DNA of 64,000 nucleotides from the NCBI RefSeq assembly GCF_009914755.1, contig NC_060941.1. One strand, 5' to 3'. This document shows, piece by piece, positions 1 through 16,384 of this stretch. The position numbers and the translations under genes were made by a program. The first letter of the stretch is position 1. Every line of letters starts with the position of its first letter. The notes beneath the pieces are model-generated. The model saw nothing but the letters and a program-made list of their open reading frames with translations, ran no database searches and was not told where the DNA came from. Origin of the DNA: the human T2T-CHM13v2.0 reference genome, Homo sapiens.

Positions 1-1721
1 AACCCCCTCTCACTTTCCCTGCAATTTTAGACATGCCTCTGGTTTATAAAACAGGAAACAAAGGGACTTCTTGTGTGTCGGAGAAGCCCTCAGAGGGCCT
101 GCATTTCATTCCGGCCTTCCCCAAAGCACTGTGCTGTCTAAAGAGCTCTTTAACTGGTTTAGTCTCATTACCATTTCCATGAGGTATCAAAGGATACGCT
201 ACGAAACCAGCATATGTACATATATCACATAAGGACACATCCTGTTACGCAACGATATTAAAAAATTAATTATTAGCTAATTGCCTTTTCAGAAATGTGA
301 TTTTTCACATCCCTCCCTCCCCTCCCCCTCCACCCTAGCCCCAGAAACCCTCTCTCAGACAGACCTTTCTGTTTTCTGGGCTTTGCTGTGATAATGTTCC
401 TTGCAAACAGAAACCAATTATTCTGCAGCAGTAAGTCACCAGGAGTATGAATTGCTTTAATTTTTCCCCCTTTTAGCAGCTGCCCAGGGTGGGTTGCGAG
501 GTGGCTGCAGTAATGAAGCTGGGATGAATACTAAAGCAGGACCGAGGCCGGGTGTCCTGCAGGGAAAATGATGTTCAAAAATAAAAGTGCGTTTTTGTTG
601 GGAGAAGCTAATCAATGAATTGGACGTTTCCAAAAAATGTGCTTTCCGCTCTCAATTTGCATCGCCAATGCTGCTTTCCCCAATGAGTCCTGTGCACCTG
701 ACTAGCTTGTAAAAATGTCACCTTACTGTTAAAGTGCTAAACACGCCCTGTTTTTCCTCCGCCTGTTCTCTCTCTCCCTCCCCCCTCTCTGCCTTTTTCC
801 TTCTGCAATTCTTTGCTTTCTCATTAGAAATGCCCAGCAACGTCTGGCAGACAAAGACACTGCAAACAAAGTGTATGGAAAGGAAAAAAAAAATTAAAAG
901 GGAAAAAAGTGCAGAGGAATTCTTCATTCACGGATCTGTAGAATACATTAATATCTGAAACTGTTGGCACAGCCTAAAATACTTGGGCGGCTAACAATGC
1001 GGGCAATGATTCCGAGTCTGGGATCTTCAAATAAACCCCAGCGCTGTCATGGCCACCAGGAAGGAGAATAATGGCGATATTAGCTGACCTTCATTTTGTT
1101 GTTTCTTCAGTCCTGACTGCTGGACCTCTGTTTGCTTGTTACTAGGATTTCTTAGCTGAAAAATTTTAGCATTTCCCAGGCAATACAAGAGCCAGTTTAT
1201 TAGGTAAATAAACCAGGCCTTAAGCAGTCTTTTCTGCTCCATAATGGGAAATGGGCAAATTGGAACGAGGGTTGAGTTGGAGTCAGGGAGAATGACTCAG
1301 AGGCAGAGATCTCATCATTTCCCCCTCATCCAAAACACCAATGAACAATGCGGACGGAGTTAACAAATCATCAGATCGACGTGCTGCCTTTGGTTAACTT
1401 AACCAACATCATCCACCAAGTAAGGAAGACAAGATTCACAAAAGGAAGGGACAAAAATAGCGGCTTTCTTCTTCTAGAGACCTAGATCTGTAATGACATT
1501 TCACTTCTCCCAAGGTTCCAAGGAACTGGAGACTATTTTATAATTCATCCAAATGGAGCTAATGGTGCTATGTTTCAGTCATCTGTCATAAATGCTTAAA
1601 CATTCTTATGTTATTCAAACCATTGTCTAGTGACAATCTTAACGATGTTAATAAAATCAGTAATGCAGAACTGGATCCTTTTTCAGAGTCTCTACATCCA
1701 GAGGGCCTTCTGGCTGTCTAG

Positions 1722-1885
1722 ACTGTAACACAATTGGTAATTATTACATTTATGTGTGCCTGCTTACTGTTTACTATCTCGATTCCCTCCCCCAACTGCA
1801 ATATAAGCTCCCTGAGGGCAGGGACCACCATTGTATCCTACCTCACCCAACACAGTGCCTAGCACCCAAGACGTATTTGCCTAGG
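1722..1885 (+). mobile_element. L2 LINE 3' end fragment
   Basis: taagctccctgagggcagggac...acagtgcctagcac is typical of the L2 3' end. Confidence 0.7.
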
Positions 1886-2090
1886 GAGGTAATGATATTT
1901 TTGGCTACCTTTGGGGAAATGCATCCCATCTTTAAAAGCTTTCAGCTGCCACGCCCAAGGGCTTCAAGATGAGAACGAGACACAATACTTCTTAAAGCAG
2001 AGTATTCCCCTACCGAGAATGAAGATATGCGTCCAAGTTTCCTGTCGCTTCCAGCTTTCAATTCTTTTTTAACTGTGCTTTCTTTTGGGA

Positions 2091-2688
<598 letters not shown>

Positions 2689-2852
2689 TAAAATAACTTA
2701 TAATAAACACTTGCTTCAAGCAGGAGGTCATGTAAATAGATATAACACACACATGTTTTTTAAAAGTTACACAGTCATTTTGTTGGAAAACATGGAAGAC
2801 ATAGAAATTTTTCAGACTGCCTAACTGCTCAATGGGTTCACCTTACCCAATT

Positions 2853-3559
2853 TGTAACTGCCCAATGGGTTCACCTTACCTGCTGCCTAGACAGAGCCGA
2901 TTTCTCTAGACAGGGGAATGGCAATAGAGAAACAGTAATTAACACAGAACCAGCTGAGCAGGAGACTGGAGTTTTATTATTACTCAAGCCAGTCTCCCTG
3001 AACATTTGGGGATCAAGGTTTTAAAAAACAATTTGGTGGGAGGGGAGGGGCAGTGAGCTGGGGAGTGCTGATTGGTTGGGTCGAAGGTGAAATCATGGGT
3101 CGTCCCTGTCTTCTTGCACTGAGTCAGTTCCTGGGTGCAGGGGGGTGTGGGGGTGGGGGGCAGTCACAAGATCAGATGGGCTGGTTTCTCGATCTGGGTG
3201 GTGCCGGTTGATCCATCAAGGGTAGAGTCTGGAAACCATCTCAAGTCCTGACTGTAGGAGCAGTTTAGGGAGGGCCAGAATCTTGTAGTCTCCAGCTACA
3301 TGACTCCTAAAGCATAACTTATAATCTTGTGATTAATGTTAGTAGTCTAGTCCCCAGGCAAGAAGGAAATTTTTTCTGGAAAAGAGCTACTATCATCTTT
3401 GTTTTAAACTTTTAAAACTATAAACTAAGTTTCTCCCAACGTTAGTTCAGCCTAAACCCAGGAATGAACAAGGACAGCTTGGAGGTTAGAGGCAAGATGG
3501 AGTCGTTTAAATTGGACCTCTTTCACTGTCTCAGTCATAATTTTGCAAAGGCGGTTTCA
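2853..3559 (-). mobile_element. LTR8-type ERV1 solo LTR
   Basis: Reverse complement begins TGAAACCGCCTTTGCAAAATTATGACTGAGACAG and ends ...CCCATTGGGCAGTTACA. Confidence 0.85.
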
Positions 3560-3641
3560 GCTTGGGAAGTGAGAAAAGTAAGTCTCGAAGTATGCAGGAT
3601 ATGATCCCAAAATGGTTGAAAGGAATAAAAAAGACAATACA

Positions 3642-4530
3642 TGTTTGCTTAGTTTTGTTGCTGCTATAACAGAATATCACAGACTAGGCATCTATCAATG
3701 GAAGAATTTATTTGGCTCATGGTTCTGAAGGCTGGGAAGTACAAGAACATGGCACTCTGATGAGGGTCAAACCAGGTGGAAGGGTGGAAGGCATAAATGA
3801 GCACATAAGACAGACAGGAAAAGGGGGCTGAATTCCCTTGATAAGTGTTAAATACAGTGAGTTCTAAATTTCCCGTCAAAGAATCAGTATGTCAGTATGT
3901 TCAGTTCTTTGTTCTCCATTTTAAAGTTTAACTTTCTCATTCTCCTTGCCCCTAGTTTCAGTAAACAACCTTTTCCACCATTTCTAATCAGTAGTTCACA
4001 TCTATTTCCTGGTCACCGCTTCGATCTGAGTCACCCCTGGTCACCTGCTCTGACCTGAGTCACCTGTTCCTAACTGTTCTTCCCATCAAACTATTCACCC
4101 CACCACTCTGACTCATACCCCTGCTCTCTTTAAAATAGCCAATCGGAATTAGCTTAGACTGTGTGATCCAACCCTAGCCAATAGGGGAACAACACAGCAG
4201 CAGGGGTTACCTGCGTCAGGAATAAAAACCCCTTCCCCTCTCTTGTTCAGCTGTGCTCTCACCATTGCTCCATCTGCAAGTCACACTCTTCTACAGAAGT
4301 AAAATTGCCTTGCTGAGAAAATTAAATTTATGTTTGAGTGCTATTTCTTTTGCGGCACTGAAAATTTATTTCTAACATAAGTAACCCACTTGGTGATAAC
4401 AGCACTAATCCACTGATGAGGGCACGGCCCTCATGATCTAATCACCTCTTAAAGGTCTCACCTCTTAAGACCATCATAATGGCAATCAAATGTCAATGTG
4501 AGTTTTGGCAGAGACATTCAAACCACAGCA
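3642..4530 (-). mobile_element. MaLR LTR (MST/MLT1A-like), split by the LTR10 insertion
   Basis: tgctataacagaata...aatttatttggctcatggttctg (3642-3845) resumes as ggccctcatgatctaatcacctctt...attcaaaccacagca (4378-4530). Confidence 0.8.
3846..4377 (+). mobile_element. LTR10-family (LTR10A/F-like) ERV1 solo LTR
   Basis: TGTTA...TAACA termini, 4-bp TSD TAAG, gagttctaaattt..aaagaatcagtatgtcagtatgttc head, TGAGTCA-containing repeat. Confidence 0.85.
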
Positions 4531-4797
4531 CATGTAGACACGCTATATGCATTCATAGAAAAAAAACTGGAAAGATACACCCAAACTGTTAGTAGTCATG
4601 ATTTGTAGGAAGTGAATTTTTATTTTATTGTTCTTTATGGTACCATTTTTCTACAGTAAATTGATTATTTTTTAAAATCAGAAATAACCTTCAATAAGTT
4701 TTTTTTAAAAAGATAATATATGAGCTAGATCTTTACCTCAAGAATTTCGAAAAATAAATTATAGTTACACTAATACAACCATGGCATTCAAGGTGGG

Positions 4798-4828
4798 CTC
4801 TCTCTCTCACACACACACACACACGTAG

Positions 4829-4859
<31 letters not shown>

Positions 4860-4863
4860 CACG
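4798..4863. repeat. (CT)n(CA)n compound microsatellite
   Basis: Directly visible. Confidence 0.95.
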
Positions 4864-5254
4864 TAAATATACTCACATGAACATAAATACCTAAAGCTAT
4901 ACATAAAGCTCTATAGGAACATTTCTGGGGGGTTATATGGCTATGTGTTTATTGATTTCTTGAGACAAAACTGCTCTGGGCATCTCAGGGAAGTTTTCTC
5001 TTTCTTAGCTTGAAGCAACCAGGTATCACATTTCTGGGTTTTAAAAGAGATTATATTCAAGGATGCTCTATTACTTTGAATAGGCGAAACATTCCAGGCT
5101 GATGGGAATTCATACCTGTCAACAGCTGTGAATTAGCATTTCAAACCCCTTCTAATGTGACTTATGAACTTTATCGGTATGAGGATTCAACACCTTGTAG
5201 AAAAGCAAGTGCTGAATGCAAACCAGGGTGAAAATGCTTTCTGCTAGGGAGTAG

Positions 5255-5737
<483 letters not shown>

Positions 5738-6384
5738 TACTTTCAATTTCTAACTGGGTATTTAGAGGGGTAGTAAATATAGCTAGAAAAAAAAAGCTTC
5801 AGGGTGAAATGGTATGTTTGATATTTACTCACCAAGGTTTTCCCCTTTTATTATCACTTTTTGTTAGTTTCCATTCTTATTCCTACAAGGCCACAGCCAG
5901 AAGTGGGTGCAGGAGAAATGAAGTTCTGAACATTTGAATGAATGCCTATTTCAATTCCAATCATTCCCTGGAAAATGTTAAGTTTAAAGTAAAATGGAAT
6001 GAGGTAGTCCTAACAGCTCAGGAAACAATAAAAGGGAACTGAGAGCTTTACACGTCAGAAAAACTCTCAGACAATGCCTAAGAGGATTGGAAAGAAATTT
6101 CTAAAACATGTCGTCCCTACAAACACACATGAAAAACTATCTTGAGAATTCCACAGGAAAATATACATCCATTTAAAAAAGAAACTTTGAAGCACAAAAA
6201 TTAAAGAGAAAAGGCTTTTTCCCAGAATACAAAACACTGCTTGAGTTGTGGAAGAAAAAGAGCTCATTAGTATTTCAAAGGAGGTTGATAACTTATTTCA
6301 ATGTCCATACTGGGATAGAGAATGAGCCAAGTAGTATACTCCTCAAAATCCTAGGGACCACTTACTCTCCTCTGCCATCTCTTA

Positions 6385-6670
6385 TTTTATTTCTTTTTTT
6401 GAGATCGAGTCTCATTCTGTTGCCCAGGCTACAGTGTAGTGGTGTAATCTCAGCTCACTGCAACCTCCACCTCCTGGGTTCAAGCGATTATCTTGCCTCA
6501 GCTGGGATTACAGGCACACGCCACCATGCCCCGCTAATTTTTGTATTTTTAGTAGAGACGGGGTTTCACCATGTTGGGCGGGCTGATCTCGAATTTCTGA
6601 CCTCAGGTGATCTGCCCGCCTTGGCCTCCCAAAGTGCTGGGATTACAGGCGTAAGCCACTGTGCCCGGCC
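6385..6670 (-). mobile_element. AluS (12-bp internal deletion)
   Basis: Alu consensus; cctcag/ctgggatt junction. Confidence 0.93.
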
Positions 6671-6739
6671 AGAACCTGCGTATTAACAAGATCCCCAGAT
6701 ACTGCGTCTGTGCTGTTCTGGAGGACATACCATCCCAAA

Positions 6740-7405
<666 letters not shown>

Positions 7406-7644
7406 AGACACATGGTGCTTCAGCTCATTCCACTCCTGAGTAATTCCTTACTCATTTCAAACTACCAAGAGTCCACCCATTTTGTCTGTGCTAACTCAAG
7501 TCTCTTCCAGTCATGGTGGCTGGAACTGATCTGTTTCTCAACCCTCAACTCCTGCAGCACTGTGGATGGACCACTCACATGGTCTTTGTCATGGCCACTC
7601 CATTTCTGCAGTGAGATTTTTGTCTACTCTCTTCTACTGATACA

Positions 7645-8135
7645 GCATAGCTTTTCAAAGAACAGTTTCCAAGGACCACCTATTTCAGGATCATCTGAGG
7701 GTATTTAATAAAATCAATTTCCAAGGCCCAAGACCCCCTGAATCGGTATCTCTGTGTGTGGGGCCCAGATGTTTGCATTTTAAAAAACATTCCAGTCAGA
7801 TGACATGGCTTACGCCTGTAATCCCAGCACTTTGGGAGGCTGAGGCGGGTGGATCACAAGGTCAGGAGATCGAGACCATCCTGGCTAACACAGTGAAACC
7901 CTGTCTCTACTAAAAATACAAAAAATTAGCTGGTTGTGGTGGCGGGTGCCTGTAATCCCAGCTACTCCAGAGGCTGAGGCAGGAGAATGGCGTGAACCCG
8001 GGAAGCGGAGCTTGCAGTGAACAGAGATCATGCCACTGCACTCCAGCCTGGTTGACAAAGCGAGACTCCGTCTCAAAAAAAAAAAAAAAAAAAAATTCCA
8101 GGTGAAGCTCTTAAATATGAAAGCCAGAGAATCAC
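7645..8135. mobile_element. MER5-type hAT-Charlie element interrupted by Alu
   Basis: cctgaatcggtatctctg..gtggggcccag..tgcattttaa..ccag|gtga. Confidence 0.55.
7795..8095 (+). mobile_element. AluY-type
   Basis: gagatcgagaccatcctggctaacac, ggcgtgaacccgg, gagcttgc; TSD ~aattccag. Confidence 0.93.
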
Positions 8136-8376
8136 AGTATAAGACTACAGCATCCTGAGACCCAGAGCCATCCCAGAAACCCTAGAATCAGACACCGCAC
8201 CTCTGTCTACAACCTTGGCATGCGGCTGCTCAGGGAGACAAGTAAACGAAGTGTTTTAAATTCCTCTCTCTACTCATTCTTGATTACATAACTAATCAAA
8301 ATGCTTCCAAAAACCAACCAACCAATCAAGAAAACTTCTAGGAACTTAATTAACTCCAGTATAAAAGGACTCCTCA

Positions 8377-8681
<305 letters not shown>

Positions 8682-9653
8682 TCATTCCTGCTGTGTACTC
8701 TGTCTATTGGCCTATGCTCAGAAAGGGCTTTTTCTTTATGAGACAGGAATGTGCCCGGCTTCTGTCATCACATATATAAGACAGACAAGACTGGAATCAA
8801 ACTTTCCCACAGAATTGGCGTAAGGACCGAAAGAGACATTATGTATCTTTGAAAGCGCCATGGATACTGCTTACTCTGACTATTATTATGAATGCTTTAA
8901 GTTGGTCATTTAGGAGCTAAGAAACACTGATGAGATTCTGTCTTGTATGAGCATGATTGTGGTGTTTCTTTCTCTCTCCTGCTGGACTTTAAGCAACTTG
9001 AAGGTAGGACTCTAAGGCTGACGCAACCGCGGGATCCTCCCATAGCACAGCATTGCTGAAGGGATTCAATAAAAATGTGATGAATGGGTGAAAGATGACC
9101 ATGTCACAGAAGCCCACGTGTAATAAATAGTTCATTTGGAATGTGCACCTGCGTGGGAATTCTCCAAACACCTGCCGAGGCCAGTAACTCCTGTTTTCTC
9201 AGCCTATCAAAGAGGGCAGCTGCTCCTTTCCCTCAGGTGACCTTCTCTCATTTATCAAAGCTGGAAAGGGCTGTGATTTTCCCCAACATGCAGACTCTCT
9301 GAGCAATTAATAGCCCTCTCAAACAGACTTGTCCTCTAATGTCGATCTGGGAAAATGCCATTTAAAAATTTGTTTCACTGAACATTTTCACAAAATGAAA
9401 ATTAGAAGATATTAAAGGCATCTGGCTATGTTAAGTAACGGGAATTTATAGTACTTAAATTTATCTGCAAAAGGAAAACATGATAAACACTAGCATGGTT
9501 TTCTATCATTTAAATCCTAAATTCACAGGATGGAACATTCAACTCCTGATTTTCCAGAAAATCTACTCTTATGAATCCTGAAGTTATCTTGAAAGGCAGG
9601 CTTTGTATTTTTCCAGTGAATATATTGCTGTTTCTTATCAATGTTGCACTTGA

Positions 9654-9951
<298 letters not shown>

Positions 9952-9957
9952 GAAATG

Positions 9958-10061
9958 ATTTTTAAATTGTAAAATTTAAATTATAAATTATAAATTATAT
10001 ATATAAATATATATTATATATATAAATTATAAATTGTAAAATTTAAAATTGTAAATTATAA
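9958..10061. repeat. AT-rich low-complexity repeat (aaattat/aaattgt, (TA)n)
   Basis: About 100 bp, almost entirely A/T. Confidence 0.9.
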
Positions 10062-10109
10062 GGGACTCTTTTCTCTAGTAGATACCACCTTTAAAGTATC
10101 ACGTGGAAA

Positions 10110-10225
10110 GTCGAAATTAAGCAATTTCACATGGAAATGGAGGTTTTGGCTTGCCTTGAAAAATCAGAAGAGACTGCGATATTGGGCCCACATTGCTACC
10201 TGGCAACAATCACCTGGGGCTGACC
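10110..10225. mobile_element. MER102-like hAT fragment
   Basis: atttcacat..ggcttgccttgaaaaatcagaaga..tgggcccacatt. Confidence 0.5.
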
Positions 10226-10396
10226 TCTTGAGAGGGATGCTCTCTGGTTTTGCTTCTCTACTGCAGCCTCACTCCTTTCTATGCCCGCCTGGCCTCCACA
10301 ATGAATAAAGAGAAGGAGGCATGGCTTCTCTTCCAAAGATACATATATTCATGGATCTCTAATAAACGAAAGAGTGAAAATACGTAATTGGCATAG

Positions 10397-10731
<335 letters not shown>

Positions 10732-10980
10732 AAGACATGACTCAAGTGCAGCTGAAGCAAGATTTGAAGTTGAACAGCAACTGAGGGGAGCCCACTGTGT
10801 GAGCAAATGCTGAGAAGCAGAAATGGACAAGCTAGGTTTGGGGGAGAAGAAATAACTGGTTTGGCTATAGTGGGAGGTTTCCATAGGGGTAGAGGAACAA
10901 GGTGGCAGACGAGACCATGTAGAGAGACCGTGGAGAGCCTCAGATCCAGAGCCAAGGACTGTGGGCTGTGCACTCTAGGG

Positions 10981-11318
10981 CAGCCATCCCCAACCTTTTT
11001 GGCACCAGGGACCAGGTTCACAGAAGACAATTTTTCCACGGCCTGGAGGGGAAGGGGGAGATGGTTTTCGGGATGAAACTGTTTCATCTCAGATCATCGG
11101 GCATTAGAGTCTCATAAGAAGCACACAACCTACATCCCTCGGATGTGCAGTTCACAATAGGGTTTGCGCTCCTATATCTAATGCTGCCACTGATCTGACA
11201 GGAGGCGGAGCTCAGGTGGTAATGCTCGCTCAACCACCGCTCACCTGCTGCTGTGCGGCCCAGTTCCTAAAAGGCCACAGACCGGTACCAGTCCTGGCCC
11301 AGGGGTTGGGGACCCCTG
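10981..11318 (+). mobile_element. MER1B hAT-Charlie DNA transposon
   Basis: TIRs cag..tccccaacc / ggttggggacccctg; 8-bp TSD-like ctctaggg/ctccagag. Confidence 0.9.
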
Positions 11319-11735
11319 CTCCAGAGCCAGGTTGGAGCTCTCCAAGGTTTACACTAACAAGGGCCTGGCAAGATAAGAGTAGTGTTTCAGGATGATCCAG
11401 TGGGGGGCCCTTCAGAGAATGGTGACAGAGAAAATGCAAAGGGAGAGCCCTAAGCGTGCAAGACATGCTATGGCCTGAGGGGCAGTAGGCACTGGAGGAG
11501 GAGAAAGAGCTCCACATAGGAAAGGAATTGTCCAGCCAGAGCTACGGGAAGAACAGTGGTGCCAAACACAAATACCGGTGTGGGCTGGCTTCTTGTCTGG
11601 GTTTCAAGTGTGTGTGGCGCGTGTGTTTATGATAGTGGGGTGAGGGGTTGCAAATGATGAATTTGGTTTAAACTTTTTGAGTGCCAGGAAATGACAGGGA
11701 GATCAAGAGACAGATGTGCAGATAAAAGTGCAAAT

Positions 11736-12231
<496 letters not shown>

Positions 12232-13241
12232 TCAACCACTCCAAGTTTTTATAGAGCCTTTGGAATGATGGATGGGGCTCAGTTTACCCAGAGACAGTAA
12301 AATCAGATGAAAGGGGTTAATTAGAACTGTTCTCTCTACTGCTAGGTGCAAAACAGCCACATTGGAGCCATGATGAAGCTACGTCTATTTAAACAGCCAA
12401 ACTGATCATTGTAACTGTTTTCTCAAAATAAACCCCATGCTTTTAGCCATATTCCTGCTTCTTAAAGCCTCTCATGTGAAAGATGCCAAAATAATCCTGG
12501 ACCTTAAAGAGGTCTTGATTTATCATTTCACAGCTGGTTCCCATGCACCTCCCTTTCCACTTTTTCAGAGCCTCACTATATAAATCCTGCCATCAGATCA
12601 GGGAGGCAGGCATGGTGGTGATGGATGTCAAACCTGCGATGGGGAAAGTGAAGAGCAGTTCCCTACTGGGAACAGATAAGCCAGCAGACTTCTCACAGAC
12701 TGCTCCTGTTACCAACTCAGCCAACCCCACCCCCTCCTCCTGCTCCCTTGGCCCTCCCCATCTGCCGGATAGGGCCTCCCTTCTGCTGCGAAGCTTCCAC
12801 TCCTGTAGTGTTCTGGTTTGCGTTCTTTGATGAGAAATATTAATTCCAGGTTAATACTGATGTTAAAAAATAAAAGCCCGACCTAATTAAAAATTCAAGT
12901 TAATTTTCACCCAGGTTCCCTTAACTTTTAAAAAATGTTCTTTTTGTAAAAAAGAGTAAATAGGTTACATGAGGAGGCCCAAGTACCAGGAATTGATTAG
13001 TGGCACAATGAAAAAAGTTACAAAATATAACAACAACCACTTAAAGCAAAGTTAATCTAGTTTGCTCAACAGCCCAGGACTTTTGCTGCCTAAGTACAGG
13101 ATGCTTCCTTGCATATACTTGCAAATTTCACCTTTTAGGCTAAGGAGATGTTTTTCAATTGATTTGGGAAGGAGGAAGGGGTCAAGACCACGGAGGCTCC
13201 AGGTAAAATGCTGTAGGTGGGCAGTCTGCCTCTGATACTAA

Positions 13242-13734
<493 letters not shown>

Positions 13735-14125
13735 TGATTTCCTGGTGATATTTTTAAAATCAAACTAAGCGACTCTAAAAGGTGAATAACAAACTCATTG
13801 ACTTCCCACTGTCTCACACACAACACACCCAGCCTTTGCATCTGGTTTAGTGACTTGTTAGCTTACATCCTTGGTCATAACTTGGCAGCCAGGGAGCCAA
13901 GTCTGATTTGCAGTTGTGTTTTAACCTGGTCAGTGTTTTAAAAATCGGCAAAGTTTACACAAAATCATCGCTCTCTCTCTTTCTCTCTCAGGAGACAGGT
14001 GATATGGCATCCTGGGGCCACAGTTCCACAGGGTAGCAGACGAGGGGCTGAAGAGCAAGTTCTCTGTGGGCTCTAGTTCACAGGGACACCTGCCACTCCT
14101 GACTGTCATATACACACAGCTCTCA

Positions 14126-14427
14126 TTTTCTTTCTTTTTTTTTTTTAGATGGAGTTTTGCTCTTGTCACCCAGGCTGGAGTGCCACGGTGCAATCTCAGC
14201 TCACTGAAACCTCTGCTCCAGGTTTCAAGTGATTCTTCTGCCTCAGCCTTCTCAGTAGCTGGGATTACAAGCATGCGCCACCACACCCGGCTAATTTTTG
14301 TATTTTTATTAGAGACAGGGTTTCACCACAATGGCCAGGCTGGTCTCAAACTCCTGACCCCAGGTGATCCGCCTGCCTCGGCCTCCCAAAGTGCTGGGAT
14401 TACAGGTGTGAGCCACCATGCCTGGCC
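14126..14427 (-). mobile_element. AluS
   Basis: Full dimer; TSD ~tctcattttc. Confidence 0.93.
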
Positions 14428-14544
14428 ACATATCTCATTTTCTTTACCTGGTTGCCATTTGAATTTGTGACTTCTGGCTTAAATGACTCTCTAAATGAGA
14501 GCACAATTAAATAATTTCACAGAAGTAGGGACAAAGATATATTT

Positions 14545-14728
14545 TTAAAATTTTTTATTTTTAGATGACAAAGAATATATATTTATGGGGTACAAAGTAA
14601 TGTTTTAGTATCTACACACATTGTGGAATGATTATATCAAGTTAGTTAACATATCCCTTATCTCACATACTTTTTTTTTTTTTGTAGTGACAACATTTAA
14701 AATTTGTTCTTTCAGCTACTTTGAAATA
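14545..14728 (-). mobile_element. L1MA-type 3' end
   Basis: atttatggggtaca..tgttt..acattgtggaatgatta..ttaacatatcc. Confidence 0.75.
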
Positions 14729-14822
14729 CAGTTGAGTATCCCTTATCCAAAATGCTTGAGACCAGAAATGTTTCGAACTTTGGATATTGGAATATTTGCA
14801 TTATACCTCCGGGTTATGCATT

Positions 14823-14824
<2 letters not shown>
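14729..14824 (+). mobile_element. MER46/Tigger4-type fragment
   Basis: cagttgagtatcccttatccaaaatgcttgagaccagaa after TA. Confidence 0.75.
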
Positions 14825-15137
<313 letters not shown>

Positions 15138-15832
15138 GGCCCCTGACTATTAAGACCAGGAAGAGTAATCATGGTACAGGAAAGCAGATCCTATACAGTA
15201 ACACAGAGGGCATTTTCAACAGGAGATATCTGTTGCTTTGCCTTTCAGTATCACTCTTGGCTCCTTTTCCTCCTCTCTCAACTTTTATATTTCCTCTCTT
15301 TCATCTCTCTGTCTATCCCTCCCCATTTCTCTTTCCTTGACTAAACCAAATATTACCACGGGAGCACACATCTTACAGCACTCTGCCTGTCCATCCCACT
15401 TAACCTCAATCCTCAGCACTCTGGTGTGTCATGGAAAATTAAGAATGTTTGAGAAGTACCACGGAAAGAAAAAGTTTAGCAAGCAATGACCACAAACCAC
15501 TAACCCTGGTCACATCTGGTCACTGTTCTTGACAAAACTCAAAAACTTTATCCAACACTCAATGGGGGGCCCCCTCTAGCTTATGCATGCAGGTCTGAGG
15601 GTTGATTTCACATGCATCCAAATAAAGTATTTTAGGAAAAAGAAAACAAACTCACAAGCCAGGAGGCCAGGAAGCAAAGAGACTCCCTAGAGCTTCTAAC
15701 TTGCTGACTGGCCACAGTGACACCATAGGGGTGGCTACACTGAATCTGGTCTGATGTTCTTACCAGTTTTATGGCTGTACCAGTTTTATGACAGTGACAT
15801 GAAGAGATATACTCAAAGAAATGCCTCTCCTT

Positions 15833-16198
<366 letters not shown>

Positions 16199-16384
16199 CT
16201 AGTTCACTTTAATAACCCATTGCCACTCTACATAAAACTGTTTTGAATCTTTTACACCAGGAAGCCCTCAGCCTTCCCAAATTGCCTGGGCTGCTCAATA
16301 CCATAAAGCTCCTAGAGAAATGACTCTTTATGAAAAGTAGTACTTGTTTCTAATGGAGCAGCTATATATGGAAGCTTTTTTCCT

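Noticed and set aside
395-480. Plus-strand splice-like signals (gca|gtaagt at ~430; tttagcag at ~471-478)
   Set aside because: They are antisense to STX8 and do not define a plausible exon or intron size, so they are insufficient to call an antisense exon.
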